A stretch of DNA of 64,000 nucleotides from Tubiluchus corallicola (GCA_030141605.1 JAQGDQ010000481.1:62001-126000), one strand, 5' to 3'; counted from the first letter of the stretch, positions 12,251 through 62,327 are shown. Program-made: numbers and translations. Notes: generated by a model not told the origin, from the sequence alone.

Positions 12251-12872
12251 GTTGATTTATTAATTTCTTAAATCTCGAACCTTTGTTTATTAAAAAGATT
12301 AGATTAATTAGACTAGAGATTAGATTTTATAATTTGCGTAAAACTTTGTTAAAGTTAATTAAATCAGTTTGGTTTAGATTTCACCGTAAAATTGAGCAAA
12401 ATTATATAAAATTATCTGATTTGTTTTCAGATTAAACGATACAAACTACACAATTATGTTGTTGGAGGTTTTTTACAAGAAGGTAGCACAATGCCCATCT
12501 AGAAAGTGATGCAGAGCTGCAGTGATGCATTATGAAAGTAGAAATCACTTTTCTGCTGAAAACTGTCAAAAATTTTTAAATGCTGATGCAACTCAGAAGT
12601 GCTACGCTGTGTTTTTTCTCTCGATTTTTTATCTCGTGTTGCTCTTCCTTCTAATGAAACTGACGCTGAGGATAGAAAGATCATAACTGGTACTGAAATG
12701 AGAGAGTAAATTGAGGTCATCATCTAGTTGGGCAATGATGACTCATGCTCAAGAAAAGAGGGACAGCAAGAAGTTAATTAGAGAAAGCAGCGCTTACAGC
12801 GAACAGGTAAATTTTCTACCTTTTCCCCCTGAAACCTTGTTAACTAGCAGAGGTAATTAACATTACCTTTAA

Positions 12873-13361
12873 AGCAAAACTGGACCTAATCTTAAACTGC
12901 AGGTCAAAACAATCTACTCTTTAAAATATTGAAAGGAAACATACTATTTTTTCAAAAATAACTTACGTGAAAGAATTATTACCACCATTCGCTAGTTAGA
13001 CGGGCACTGGCGCCTGCATTTCGAAAACGCACATTGTTTCTGACCAACTACACACGTTCGACATGTTTGAAATTTGAATTTTTATCTTGAAACTTGCCTA
13101 GTTTTAGCACAACACACTGAATATCTTAGCACTGTAGTTCAATTTCCGTTTTCGCAAACACGTGCAATACGCTCGTGGAATATTTTTGCTGTTGAAAATT
13201 ATGTTAGTTTGTGATGTCGTTAATAGTTGGTCTCGTCTGGTAATAACAGAGTTTTTGATCTGTTGTCTAATTATCAGAAACGCTTTGCAATTGTGTTAAA
13301 ATGTATACTTTTTATCGTACTTGAAAATGGGGCAGTATATGAAAAATCATCCTGTCTTCCT
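12873..13361 (-). mobile_element. Kolobok-like family 1 copy
   Basis: TTAA on both sides; reverse complement of 3656-4462 with internal deletions. Confidence 0.7.
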
Positions 13362-13782
13362 TTAATTACTAACAAAACTTATTTTGTTTAACAGTACACG
13401 TTTATAATAAGTGATAATTATTAAATAATGTTAATTGCCAATTGCTGTACTATTTAAAGGAAGACCTGACAGCATACAGCTCCTTCCTCCGTTTCACAGT
13501 GACTTGTGTCACTTGTAATATGACAATGTTTGTGACTAAATGTATATGTATATATTATTCACTGTGAAATTCAATATAATTACGTTTTCCTCCTTGTACT
13601 AAATACTTCCTTTAACTACGTTTACAAACAAGACGGTACTTAACATGATTGTTTCTACATATATAATGCACAAAAGGGAAGTAAAGCTGACATAAAAGTA
13701 GGAGAGGCTGTTTGGGCACATACAAATATCTTATTTTAAGTAGGTGAAGGAAAAATATTGACTCAATTAAGAAAAGTACGGT

Positions 13783-14189
13783 TGGCGCCCAGAAAATTTT
13801 TCAACTGCTAGGACGCCGGAGAAGCATTTTCGAAGAGAAAATATGGAGTTATACAGTTGTTAAAGGAAAGAACAATTGAAAGAAAAACTGCTTTATTCTC
13901 AAGATCAGTCTTTAATACTTGTCAAATAGTCAAATGAAAAACAACATCTTTGCAATATGTAATACCGTACTCTCACTTCTGTACAAGCCGGTGTTAGAAA
14001 TTCCAAAATTGAAAACAGCTGAACATCGGCACCGAGGCGCACGTGCGGCAGAGAGAGAGAGAGAGAGAGGGAAAGAGGAGGCAATATGTTCGCATAAAGC
14101 AAAAAAATGTTACCTCGGCACGAGGCCCGCCTGGAGGGTGAGGCCCCGGGGAAGTATCCCCACTTATCCCCCCCCCTGAGATAGGGCCT
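13783..14189 (+). mobile_element. hAT MITE (CAGGGCCTATTTCA family), partial
   Basis: Matches the body and right end of 41083-41454. Confidence 0.7.
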
Positions 14190-14249
14190 GTCTATTAACC
14201 ATGAGTCTATTAAGCGGCGCCTACTGTTCTTATGCTTTGTCAACTCAGA

Positions 14250-14865
14250 TTAAGCCTGGATACAGGAGAATCCAGCAAACTGTCGTAAGTTACCTCTTTC
14301 TTAAGCCTGGATACGGAGAAGCCAGCAAACTGTCGTAAGTTACCTCTTTCTTAACCCTGGATACAGGAGAATCCAGCAACTGTCGTAAGTTACCCTTTCT
14401 TAAGCCTGGATACAGGAGAATCCAGCAAACTGTCATAAGTTACCTCTTTCTTAAGCTTGGATACAGGAGAATCCAGCAAACTGTCGTAAGTTACCTCTTT
14501 CTTAAGCCTGGATACAGGAGAATCCAGCAAACTGTCGTAAGTTACCTCTTTCTTAAGCTTGGATACAGGAGAATCCAGCAAACTGTCGTAAGTTACCTCT
14601 TTCTTAACCCTGGATACAGGAGAATCCAGCAAACTGTCGTAAGTTACCTCTTTCTTAAGCCTGGATACAGGAGAATCCAGCAAACTGTCGTAAGTTACCT
14701 CTTTCTTAAGCCTGGATACAGGAGAATCCAGCAAACTGTCGTAAGTTACCTCTTTCTTAAGCCTGGATACAGGAGAATCCAGCAAACTGTCGTAAGTTAC
14801 CTCTTTCTTAAGCCTGGATACAGGAGAATCCAGCAAACTGTCGTAAGTTACCTCTTTCTTAAGCC
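14250..14865. repeat. 51-bp minisatellite, ~12 copies
   Basis: Unit taagcctggatacaggagaatccagcaaactgtcgtaagttacctctttct. Confidence 0.95.
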
Positions 14866-14948
14866 AAGCTGAGAGTAAAGAGAACCTGTCACATTATGTT
14901 AAAAGCAGTAGATTATGTTAAATAATTATGTTGATAGATGCTGGTGCG

Positions 14949-20661
<5,713 letters not shown>

Positions 20662-20899
20662 AGCTGTAACTTCCCTGTTTTAAACCTAACATATGTTATT
20701 CAAGTCAGACGATATACAGTGAAACCTTTTAATAATGCCAATTTTGCTACAGCCCAAATTTTTATTTTCTTTAAACAAATAAAATGTTTCGTGGGTTGCT
20801 TCCCACATTGTCATTGGAAACAACTGTAAGTCAAAATAAGGTATCAACATTTATTACAGTATTCCCCGCACTTCTATCTGCAGCTAACAGCATAAGTTC

Positions 20900-22410
20900 T
20901 TCTACTTCTAAAGATAGATTTGGTTAAAGTTCTTGAACATCTTTATTTATCTTAGGTATCCAAGTTGCTTTAGGTTTGTCGGGTGGTTTTTTTGCAAGGT
21001 TTTAAGGCTTCTTTTACGACGATTCTTGCTGTTGCTTCATTTAGTAACCTTAGAAGATGTTCTATCCATCTTAATCGTTGGATCTTGACCTTTGAGCTAA
21101 ATTTATTTTGCTCTGGCGTATATTCATTTTTGATTATGTATGGCCATCTTATCTTTAAAACTTTCCTAAGAAGAGTTCTATGAAATGTGTCAATCTACTT
21201 TTCTTGAGTAATCGTTTAACCTAAAGTTTCACTGCTGTACATAAGTACGCTGGAAATGAAAGCATTTGTAGCAGACTTAGCATTCTTTTTGTTAATCTTA
21301 CTTATCGTGCACGAGGCGCCATCTGTGACGTGAATGTAAAGCTTTTGGTTTTGGCCAGCTTTTCTGTTTGTTACCTGCTAGTCACCTGTCTGTCATTACA
21401 CACCTGTGCTCTGAACAGTCAGGTTAATCCACTTATGGGAGCTGTTGAACATTTATGTTATACTGGACATACTAATTATGTTAATAAAGCATTCAGTGGT
21501 ATTAACCTCTGTTTACAGTGTTTTCTGTGACTACAGCATTAAATAATCGAAGTCTTATGTTAAGACTTAATTTTTTGCTAGTTAATACATTCTTGTGCTG
21601 AAGAAATGCATGTATTGTTTGTTGCTTTCTGCTTTTAATATCATCTTCGATGCTTAGAAAAGTACCCATGTACTTGCACTTTTCCAAGACTGATTACCAT
21701 CTCTTGCAATAATATGTTCTTCTGTTTTTGGCTGGTTTACTTGAAGATTTCTTTTCTTTAGTTTTTTTGGAAAATCCCTTTTCAACATTTCATCATCATC
21801 ATCATCATCATCATCTTCTCTGGAGTCACACATCGTTTGACATGACCCTCCTGATCACTTTACTCCATGCTGCCCTGTCACCCGCAAGCTCCCGTGTCTC
21901 TGTATTTTTGATATCTAATGGTGTGTTGATAAGATCTTTTTGGATGAAATTGATGTAAGTCAGCAGCTGTCCTCCTCTTTATCATCATCATCATCTTCTC
22001 TGGAGTCACCCGTCGTTTGACATGAGCCTCCTGATCACTTTACTCCATGCTGCCCTGTCACCCTCAACCTCCCATGTCTCTGTATTTTTGATATCTAATG
22101 GTGGGTTGATAAGATCTTTTTTGGATGAAATTGATGTAAGTCAGCAGCTGTCCTCCTTGTGGTTTCTTTTCTTTCTGCAGTGCTTCTTATAAAGCTAACT
22201 TTAATGGACTCTCATCTGTGCAGTCGTATAACATGTTCTATCCATCTTAGTCTTCTCCTTTTGATTTTACTTTCCATTCTTCTGCCTTGACGTTATTGTA
22301 CAGATCCTGGTTTGATATTTTCTTTGGCCATTTTATTCCTAGAATTTTCCTATAGTTTCTTCTTTGGAATGCATCAATTTCTGATTCGTAATATGCTTCA
22401 ATTGTCCGTA
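20900..22410 (-). mobile_element. Degenerate RTE-like LINE fragments, nested, with tandemly duplicated 3' end
   Basis: Minus-frame remnants CKYMGTFL..DIKSRK..LSLNIRLRLFNA, IDAFQRRNYRKILGIKWPKKISNQDLY and RLRWIEH; two (GAT)n-tailed 3' ends at ~21790 and ~21981. Confidence 0.7.
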
Positions 22411-22596
22411 ATTCGTATGATCATATACTTAGGTAATAAGGAAAATCTTTGGAATTAACATCATTCGCTGTGATTTGTTAGCTTAATCAAGTTATCTTAA
22501 TTTTACATACTATTAACAAATAATAGTCTTTCTATCTTTTATATCATCCCATATATGAGCTTCATTCATTACATCATTCCATTTTAAGCACTAATG

Positions 22597-22833
22597 TTTT
22601 TTTATCACGATTCACTTTAAATCTTCGTGGGACAATCTAACAAGCCCTGCTTTTTGATTGCCCGCAACACATTTACCTTCGTGTATAAGTGAACAGTGTG
22701 TGAGGCTTTTCCTGTGCAGTATTTCTTATTTGTATTATATCCATTGTAGGCCCTTTCACTAGATATTGTACATGAAACTATTGTAACTGTGTAATGAGAA
22801 ATAAATGACTTATGACTTATTTATGACTTGACT
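22597..22833 (+). mobile_element. LINE 3' UTR fragment (same family as 893-1157)
   Basis: Near identity to 893-1157, including the tail. Confidence 0.65.
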
Positions 22834-23304
22834 GCAACTACCACCCATGACCAGCCCAGGTGGAAGATGGATATTCCATAAAAGTATTTTGTAACTACAG
22901 CCCTCCATCCTGCTGTTTAGGTCCTGATGCTGACGGATGTCATGGAGGGTGGAATTAGATAAATGCAATTTTCTTCTTGTAGTTTGGAAATTTGCAATAC
23001 ATGCATCATTCACTGACTGGGTGCTGCTTACTATCGATAGTCTCAGCAGGACCAGAACCTATTTTATTATCAAGGATAATTTTCTTGATTCAGTATTTTG
23101 CACTAGGCAGTATAATTTTGTAGTTGCATGCTCCAACTACTATATTATTGATAAAATTTAAATTTATCATTTTTTCTTTTATCAATTTGATAAACATACA
23201 TTTAAAACTGTAGCTGACGGTCTTGATCAAAAACAAGAACTATTGTGAAAAGCTATTAAATTTTACTATAATTTATTATATTGTTATATTTTTTTATATC
23301 TTGT

Positions 23305-23606
23305 TTTATTATGTTGTTATATATTGTTATATTTTATAAATACATTACTGTTTTATTAATATATTACTGATACAATACTGATTATTATACGTACTACTGT
23401 ATCTAATTATGTTGTTATATATTGTTATTTTTTATAAATACATTACTGTTTTATTAATATATTACTGATACAATACTGATTATTATACGTACTACTGTAT
23501 CTAATTATGTTGTTATATATTGTTATTTTTTATTAATACATTACTATTTTATTAATATATTACTGATACAATACTGATTATTATACGTACTACTGTATCT
23601 AATTAA
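23305..23606. repeat. AT-rich 98-bp tandem repeat x3
   Basis: tacattact recurs at 23341, 23439 and 23537. Confidence 0.85.
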
Positions 23607-25448
23607 TTTTGTACATACAGCAATACCATTGTTTGATACTTTTATTGCTCAGACAGTTTTGCACATTGGAATGAAATATTTTTAAATTAATATATGTATC
23701 ATTTATGTAAATAATTTTTCTTTTTAGTTAACTTCCTCTTTACTCTTTCATAACTTATAATGGTGTTTTTTACCTATGTTATTAATTTTTTCTTATCCTT
23801 CTCTATATGTATGTGTTTTTTAAATAGGCTAAGACTATGCATGTTTACGAGCTGAAACAAGACACTATACAAAATAAATAACATTTTGTTTTTGCTATCT
23901 TAATATTCAATTATTTGTAAATATGTAAATTTTGAAAATAAACGCCATGTATCGTAGTTTATTAATTTCCAGTAATTTTAAAATTATTCTAGTTTTTTTG
24001 TATTTTTGGTTACAGATGGCGCTGCTGCCACTATTCAATCAGTCGTATACGAAATGATACATTGTAGATACTTGACTGGTATGCCGGCTCATGTATACGT
24101 TTCTTATATGCAATATACTTTTACTTTGCGTTCGTAAACATTAAACAGTACTGTAACACTTATGCAACCGTGCTTGATGCGCAACGGAAGATGCCTGCCC
24201 TTGCACAAATTGTGGTTAGTTTCTGACGTAAGCAACAGCACCCTTTGTATGAGTTTGTATTTTAGTGGATAGATGGCGCTACGGGCGTCGAGAGTGTTGT
24301 AAACAGTAATCAACATATAGTCACATACATACATGAACAATTTTTTTAAATACAAGTTATGAGTACTGTATTTACAAAATCACTGCTTTTTCATATTTGT
24401 ATTTTATATTTTAATAAAAATGAAGTTAAAACACACGTTATTCCGGATTCAACACCTGAGATGGCCTATACGCGATAGAGACACTAGGCGGCGCATTGTT
24501 TGAAATTTGAAACTGATAGCTAGACTGCCACGAAGATAGAAGACAGAAACTCAGTAACTGTGGAGAAATTCAAACTGAAAATCACGTTTTGTTGGACTGC
24601 CATTTAACAGGGAAACTACAAGAAGATTCAACAATTTAAGCTTTACGTTCTTAACGTCTAATATGAATAGCAGTTTGGTATTTGAGATTTGTTTGAACAT
24701 TTTAAAAGCTTATGAACAAGAAAACACGCTAATTTTGCAAGCACAATAATGAAGTTTTACAATTCTGTAAAATTCTTTAAACTCATTTACATTGTTTCTT
24801 TCTACATTGTTGAATCATTTTCTGGTTTGAGCTCAGTCATTGTCATATATTCATAACTTTTTTCACTGACACCAAATGAAAATTTGTTATTGTGAATTTA
24901 TGTAACCTTTGCATAATGTTGTTGTTTTCTGAAAAGTAGAAAATTTTAGAGTATGAAATGTTTCAATTCTGCTATCCCTGTCAAAGATTGTAATATCGTC
25001 AATAAAATGCTGCTGTTGTTGTTGCTGCTGCTGCTGCCACTGCTGCAGCTGCTACTACTGCTGCTACTGCTGCTGCTACAACTACTGCTGCTGCTGCTAC
25101 TACTACTGCTACTGCTGTTGCCACCACAGCTACTGCTGCTGCTGCCACTGCTACTACTGTTTCTGTAATGCATTCGCTAGTGCGTGTCTATCTAGCGAAT
25201 GGCGAAATGCATGTAACAGCAAAGAACTAGTGGCGCGGACGTGAAATTGTGTTTGTGTGATAATAATTCTTTCACGTAAGTCATTCTTTGATAATAGTAT
25301 GTTTCCTTTCAATATTTTAACGAGTAGATTGTTTTGACCTGCAGTTTAAGATTGGGTCCGGTTTTGCGATTGTGTTTCAGAATTTCATGTCTGGTAAATT
25401 CAATGTCTTGACATCTGTTAGTTCAAGCATATCGTTAGTCCATGCAAT

Positions 25449-26277
25449 CACGTGACATAGTTTATACTCTTTTTGTCAATAAATTGAATTTTTTAATTTG
25501 TTTAACTCTATCTTACATAGCTGTACTCTTTCAAAAATATTATTTTGTTACGCCGCCTTAAGGCGTTTTAACGAATGACAAACGTAACGTATCATTTTAT
25601 ATAATTTATAAACCACTTCATTTCTAGTAACCGTTTTCTCATTACGAGTTTTCAAAACTTTCCACTTGCTTTTCTACTTCGCCTAGCTTCCTTTTCTAGC
25701 AAATTCTACATAAAGATTCTTCTTTACAAACAAAATTCCGAATTGATTGGATTCTGTTTGTACAATTACTAGGTAGGTTGCCCTACACGTGATAAGCACG
25801 TGTACTTTACACTAATAATTGCCATAACTAATCTAAGCTATGGCCTGGGAGCGGATATTTTATGCAGAACCTAGACATATTGACATCTGAAATGCTCCAT
25901 CTTCACAAGTTGTGTTGATAACTTCACAAAAGTGATACGTTTCTTGTGTTAAAGCAAAACTGCAATCTAACAAACTTCAGTGCAGTTACTACGTGAGCTA
26001 TAACAACAGGAATTGATTGACTGGCCCACGTGTATGGCCAGCGGAGAGTAAAGAACTTTTACAGAACTTTACGGAAAACCAGTGTTGAACTTCAGACCAG
26101 AAATTTGGACCTATTTTTCATAGCGGGAAACACTAAAGATAGCCACTGATTAAAATTACTTCAACAAACAGCCAAAATCGTTCTCATTCGTGTTACATTC
26201 GTTTACCGTATTACAATCCGTACCCAATAATTACTCGTAATTTTTCGACGCGCCTTAACAGTTGATTGTAACACGTG
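25449..26277 (+). promoter_or_regulatory. E-box (CACGTG) cluster upstream of the NRF-6-like gene
   Basis: CACGTG at 25449, 25786, 25797, 26027 and 26272. Confidence 0.45.
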
Positions 26278-26551
26278 GAAAACCATTTTGCAACTAAACT
26301 GTGCAGAAAATGTACAGTAGTTGTTTAGTACAGCAACCGATAATTATGGGAAGTAACTGATCTGTTATTAATAAGATACCCATCCTAAATGTGTAAACAA
26401 GTGACTCCGTAAACAGTAAACAAACCAAGAGTTCGCCTCGATCGCTGATGGTGTAAAGGTTGGATCAGTTGACCAGTTTCCAGTACAAGACCGTCATAAG
26501 ATAATCAGTGATACTTGATACACGTTTAGATAGAAATTATAACAAAGTAGA

Positions 26552-56884
<30,333 letters not shown>

Positions 56885-57335
56885 ATGTGTTCCCCGAAAC
56901 TGCGAAGAAACTTTGCGAAATGCTGGTAATAGTGGCTCCTACCATGATACTGTTTCTCGCTCAGTTTGGTATCAGCTTAAGCAACATTAGACCTGTTCTG
57001 TTCCTGGCTGACAGGTTCCTCCGCAACGGCATAATACTCGTCAGTAGTTTTAAGATGGGTTAAAGTAAAATAGTTTAATAATGTCAGTGATCTTATATAA
57101 CAATATTTGTCATTGTGGAGAAAACGCTGGCTTCTCTTGGTGGAGAACATTCAGTAGGATCTGCAGTGAAAAGAAAAGCAAAGAAATGAAGGTGGACAAG
57201 TAAAAACAAGACTAACGACAACAATGAGATAGTCATTAGTCATTAGTCCTTTATTCAATCCGTGTTAAGGTTTAGTATAATCAAGCTTTCTACTGATTAG
57301 TGCCTTAACCTGAAATGCGGAAGTATTGGCTTTAA

Positions 57336-57889
57336 AAGAAAACCGGATGATTGTGTAGCCATTAGTTCAATATGAAGTATGCCATAAAATATTCAAAACT
57401 AGAAAAGTTTTTTTTTAAATTGATCTTGGATAGTTGAATTTTGCTAAACTTTCAAAGCTAAACGTTCAGCGAATCCACTATGACACAGTCGTGTGGTCGT
57501 CAAATAGGCGCGGTACCGTGATAAGCATGATCATGAACCGTAGCTTTCGTCTGTGACGTCAGTGTGACATAAAGCTCACTTTCGTGACATCACATCACAT
57601 GACATTGCATCATCACGTCTTATAGCAATCCTCGCTTACGTAAGCATACTTGGCGCGCAGAGAAAATGCCTACCATTGGACAATCTGTGCGTGGTTCGTT
57701 TGTGACATAAGCGATAGCTGTGTTCGGTTGCCCTTAATTAACATTCCAAGCTAATTATTTAAATATAAGAACCAAGTGCTTATATAAGTGCTAATTATTT
57801 AAATAAAAGAACTTCTATAGGTAACAAAATGTATATTCTGGACTGTAAACAAAAATGAGATTGACTCTAATCAATCGTCCGGTTTTCTT
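57336..57889 (+). mobile_element. Kolobok-like family 2 element
   Basis: TTAA|AAGAAAACCGGATGATTG...CAATCGTCCGGTTTTCTT; related copy at 58594-59134. Confidence 0.7.
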
Positions 57890-58593
57890 TTATATTTTGT
57901 TTCTGTTTACACGTGTAAACTGTACACACTTCTTTGCAGCTAGTTCGTTCACACTGAATTCTGTAAATACTGCTCTTACTTTATAATACATTTATGCTAA
58001 GTTCTTCTGAGATATTTTTGTAGAAATTGTAAGTTGCAAGAGTTAGTTTAGTGCTGGATACTAAAAAGTATCGGTTGATTTCAATTTAAATCACTTTTAG
58101 CTGTAGGCATATTCTTCTACACTGTTTTGCCCTGCAAACCAGGAGACAACACTCAATGGCAGTGTCTAGTTAAAACAGATGGTTGTGGCAGGACAGGTGC
58201 CTAAACTAATTATAAAGAGTGAATCATAGGCCAGTAACAATGTCCTAGTCTCGTTTAGTGATGGTCGCTGTGGCAGAAACTACTCGGTAGGGTTTTTTCT
58301 AATAATCGCCCATCCATTCACTGGCTTGTCCGGAATGCTTAACTTCAGTGGTCAAGCACACTCGTTGGCTGTTTTATTATTGTATGAGAAAGTTAATAAA
58401 ATGTTTATTTACTAAAAACAACCGTTTTTTTTATTTTAAGGTTTTTTTATTCTATGCTCATGCTCCATAAAATATAGGCTTACACGAATGTAACACACGC
58501 ACGCACACGCACGCACGCACACACACACACACACACACGCACACACAACCATTAAATGTGACTGGCTAAACAGTTGCTGTACTGTCCAGTGAA

Positions 58594-59134
58594 AGGAAAA
58601 CCGGATGATTGTGTAAACATGAGTTCAGAATCAAGAATGCTCTAAAATATTGAAAACTACAATAGCTTATTTTAAATCAAAGCTCAGATTAAATAATAAT
58701 TACCTGGGATACTCAAATTTTGTTAAACTTTCAAAGCTACACGCGGTTTAGTGAATCTACTAAGATTGGCAGCTGCGCATTTTTGTCACGTGCACGTCAC
58801 CGACAAATAGAAGGCGGTACCGTGATAAGCATGATCATGAACTGCAGTGTTAGCTTCTGACGTCACATGACGTAGAGCCAATTTTTCGTGACATGTGTTT
58901 AAGCAGTAACACTTATCCAAATGTGCTTGACGCACAAGGGAAGATGCCCGCCATTGCACAAACTGTGGTTAGTTTCTGTCGTAAGCAATAGCTGTGTTCG
59001 GTTGCCGTTAATTAATAAGCTAAGCTAATTATTCAAATATAAGGAACAATTGCTAACTTTTATAGGCAAGAAAATGTATATTTTGGACAATAAATTAAAA
59101 TAAGATTGAGTTTAAACAATCGTCCGGTCTTCCT
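58594..59134 (+). mobile_element. Kolobok-like family 2 element
   Basis: AGGAAAACCGGATGATTG...CAATCGTCCGGTCTTCCT|TTAA. Confidence 0.7.
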
Positions 59135-60272
59135 TTAACGCAACTTCTACCTTTAGCAGAATATAAAAGCTTAACAAGTTGACGTAACGAAAAACACTTG
59201 AAACAGCCACTGCAATTCATCTTCAGATGAAAAGAACACAAAAAATAATCACAGCCTAATGTTCAGGGATGAGAATGACAAATTGCAAAAAACTCTGAAA
59301 CAGGCCGGGGGTTTTGGGGCGACCTAGGCCCCCAATGGGGTTGAAATTGCGATTTTGTGACCACAGACAGGCTCTAAGTGGACTTAAAATATCAATTACC
59401 TTGTTTCATGCATAATTTAAAATACCCAACTATCAAGGATACATGATACCTAATTGTCTCAAAAACGCCTAAGTACTGGCCGCTCCTATGCAAAAGTATA
59501 TAAAAACTGTCTTCAAATGACTCAAATAACTCCGCACAATTGATTCTATATTTTTATGCATAGAGATATACACGTGGTTACACTGATGTACGTGATGTAA
59601 ACAAAGTGACGCCCTGCCAACTAGCGGTCAGCTTGTGAAACAAGGTACTGGGTCCCTAAAAATTTTCTCAACGAATTTACACGATTTACAAAAATGGCAT
59701 TACTGGTCTTCCAAAAACTCGGAATTTCGCGTATCCGAGGGAAAATTTTCATCCCTGAAATTTTTGAGGGGCGCCAGATTTTAGTGGTCCAGTGTTAAAA
59801 AATTCTCCCCGTAAAATATAGCAAACAAGTATTGTAGTAGAATTATTTTTTAAAATGTACCAGCCAAGGGAGACAGCCAAGAGAAAATAGGTTATGTCCA
59901 TGTGGGGACATTCAAACTGAGAAACACGTTATACAGACACGCCCCCTAACATCAAATATTAGAAACCGCTACGACAATGTAAACTTTGCTGATTTAACTC
60001 ACTTCTTTGAGCACACTAATTGTTATATAATATCTTATGAAATTTTGAAACTTTTATGCTGATGTACCTTGTATGCATAACACTGTTTTTAATGCTATTA
60101 CCTTGAGTAGGAAATGTACGTAAAGTGACAATCTGGACTAAAATCACTCGATTGTGGCATTTACCTCGTTCCTCGTGTATACATGTAACTTGTTTTAGTC
60201 AATAAACTACATACATACATACAACACCACAAACTGTTATGCAGATTTCTTCTAAGCGCTATGCAAATATTA

Positions 60273-60690
60273 GGTGGATAAAGATAGCTTCTGGTAAGGT
60301 GGTACCTAGAATAACTATTGCAATAGGATTTTTCTCCTGAGAGTCTGTTAAAACATGCTCTCAGATATCACAGCAAAAAATCGGCTTCGTACTTTTGAGA
60401 TATACGCATAAATCCAAGATGGCGACTAACGGGCAAAAAATCAGATATATCTGCTAAACCATCGAGCTTAGATGAAAAACATGTATTACTTTTGTGAATC
60501 ATTCTACGTCCGTACAGAATAATACATAAAAATAATACATATTTTAGGAGATATAACAATTTTTTTGCCTGTTAGGCGCCATCTTGGATTTATATCCGGG
60601 TTCGACCACGATGTTAGACGACGTTTTAACAGAATCTGAAGTAAAATTCTATTGCCATTTGTTTTAGGTCACTTTTTATCTTTATCCCCC
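60273..60690. mobile_element. Foldback MITE with TA flanks
   Basis: GGTGGATAAAGATA / TATCTTTATCCCCC; internal inverted aaatccaagatggcg / cgccatcttggattt. Confidence 0.6.
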
Positions 60691-61130
60691 TATATGTAAT
60701 TAACAACAACCAGATTTGTAATTGTGCTACTAATACACCACAAATAGTTGTGACTGGATTTATAGATGCCATAAATCAAAAGTGAAATGAGCTGGAATGG
60801 ACTATCATCTTGGACATCATCATGTCTTGATACGCCCTTGTCAGTAAAAGTGTTTGTAATACTTCCTTTTTGTTTGGTATCTTATGTTTTTATTAAAAAA
60901 CTTAAAAAAACTTAAAAAGTAGTATTAGGAATTACATGTGATTTTGCCCTTTTTCTTATGAAGATAAACTGCAGCGATAGTTTGGAACGTTGTCTTTTTT
61001 CTCCTTTATTTCCTTCTTGTTAATTGTGGAAATTTTTTTATTCATTAACCGTCATTAAGAATTCATTTGCTTTAAGCTGAAATGAACATTTTCTCTGGTA
61101 CAAGATTTTCAAACTAAGAGACTTTCTTAA

Positions 61131-61708
61131 GGGAAGACAGGATGATTTTTCATACACTGCTCCATTTTCAAGTACAATTTAACACCAATAATACTACAAA
61201 AGCATTTCTGATAATTGAATAATAGATTAAAAACTTAGTTAACGGCGGGCGAGGCCAACTAGTGACGATATCACAAACGAACAATTTTCAACAGCAAAAG
61301 CATTTCATGAACGTGTTGTACGTGTTTGTGAAAGCCAAAATTGAAGTACAGTGCTACTGTAAGTGATTCAGTGTGTTGTACTAAAACTAGGCAAGTTTTA
61401 AGATAAAAAATCAAATTTCAAATTTACCCCACTGAGTTCACGCATGAGCTATTGAACGTGTGTATTACGTCACAAACGAACAGCTCTGAATTCAGAAGTA
61501 CAGCACCTGCTTCTTGTGTAATGCTTTCCGGAATGCAGGCGCTAGTGCCCGTCTAACTAGCAAATGGCGAAATGCATGTAACAGCAAAGAACTAGTGATG
61601 CGAACGCGAAAATTCATATGTGTGGCAATAATTCTTTCACGCAGGGCATTCTTTAAAAGGTAGCAGTCAAAAGGTTGATTTGACTTACAGGTTGGGTCCG
61701 GTTTTGCT
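61131..61708 (+). mobile_element. Kolobok-like family 1 copy
   Basis: TTAA|GGGAAGACAGGATG...; homologous to 3656-4462. Confidence 0.7.
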
Positions 61709-61894
61709 TAAAACGATTCCGTAAGACAACTGCACAATTTCAATCCACAAGCATACAGCAAAAGAATCGTGCTGTGACATGAACAAACTGTGCAAATTAA
61801 ACATTATATAATTGGGAAGCCAAGTGCAAATTAAACATTATATAATTGGGAAGCGGTTTCCAAATGCCAATTGACCATTCACAAGCAGAATTCC

Positions 61895-62263
61895 TGTCGT
61901 GTTTTGTTTCTCTCGGAAGGCTCGTAGAGAAAACCAGAAAACACTTCGTCAAATTAAACTAGTTTATTAAGCGAGAATTCTACAACACAAAAGTATGAAG
62001 GAACGCGAAATGATTACAGTAAACGTGATAATCTGGAAAACGTTTGAGTGTATCTGAAAATGCAGGTAACAAGATAATGTGTAAGTGACGTCCGTGCGAA
62101 TCTGTGTGCCCGTTTCAGCGGCCTGCTTCGCCTTATATAGCGTGCCCGAGAAGCTTCCAGAAGTTTTGTTCCAGAACATTCTACACGGTAAGACGATCAT
62201 TCTAACTGAACATTCTACAATGTTCTACGTAATTCTAATAGATGCCAGCAAATCTCCACAACA
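61895..62263 (-). mobile_element. Solo LTR with heat-shock-element promoter (second copy)
   Basis: TGTCGTG...CACAACA; 5-bp TSD attcc/attac; TATA at 62132-62140; HSEs at 62150-62225. Confidence 0.8.
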
Positions 62264-62327
62264 ATTACCCAGAATGTCAGTACAAGATATCGACCGAGGA
62301 AGACTTTATTCAAAAATTTTAACTTAA

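Noticed and set aside
58305-58365. Second 5S-like fragment (gcccatcca...tgcttaacttcagtggtc)
   Set aside because: Too short and degenerate to call; at most an old SINE3 head remnant.
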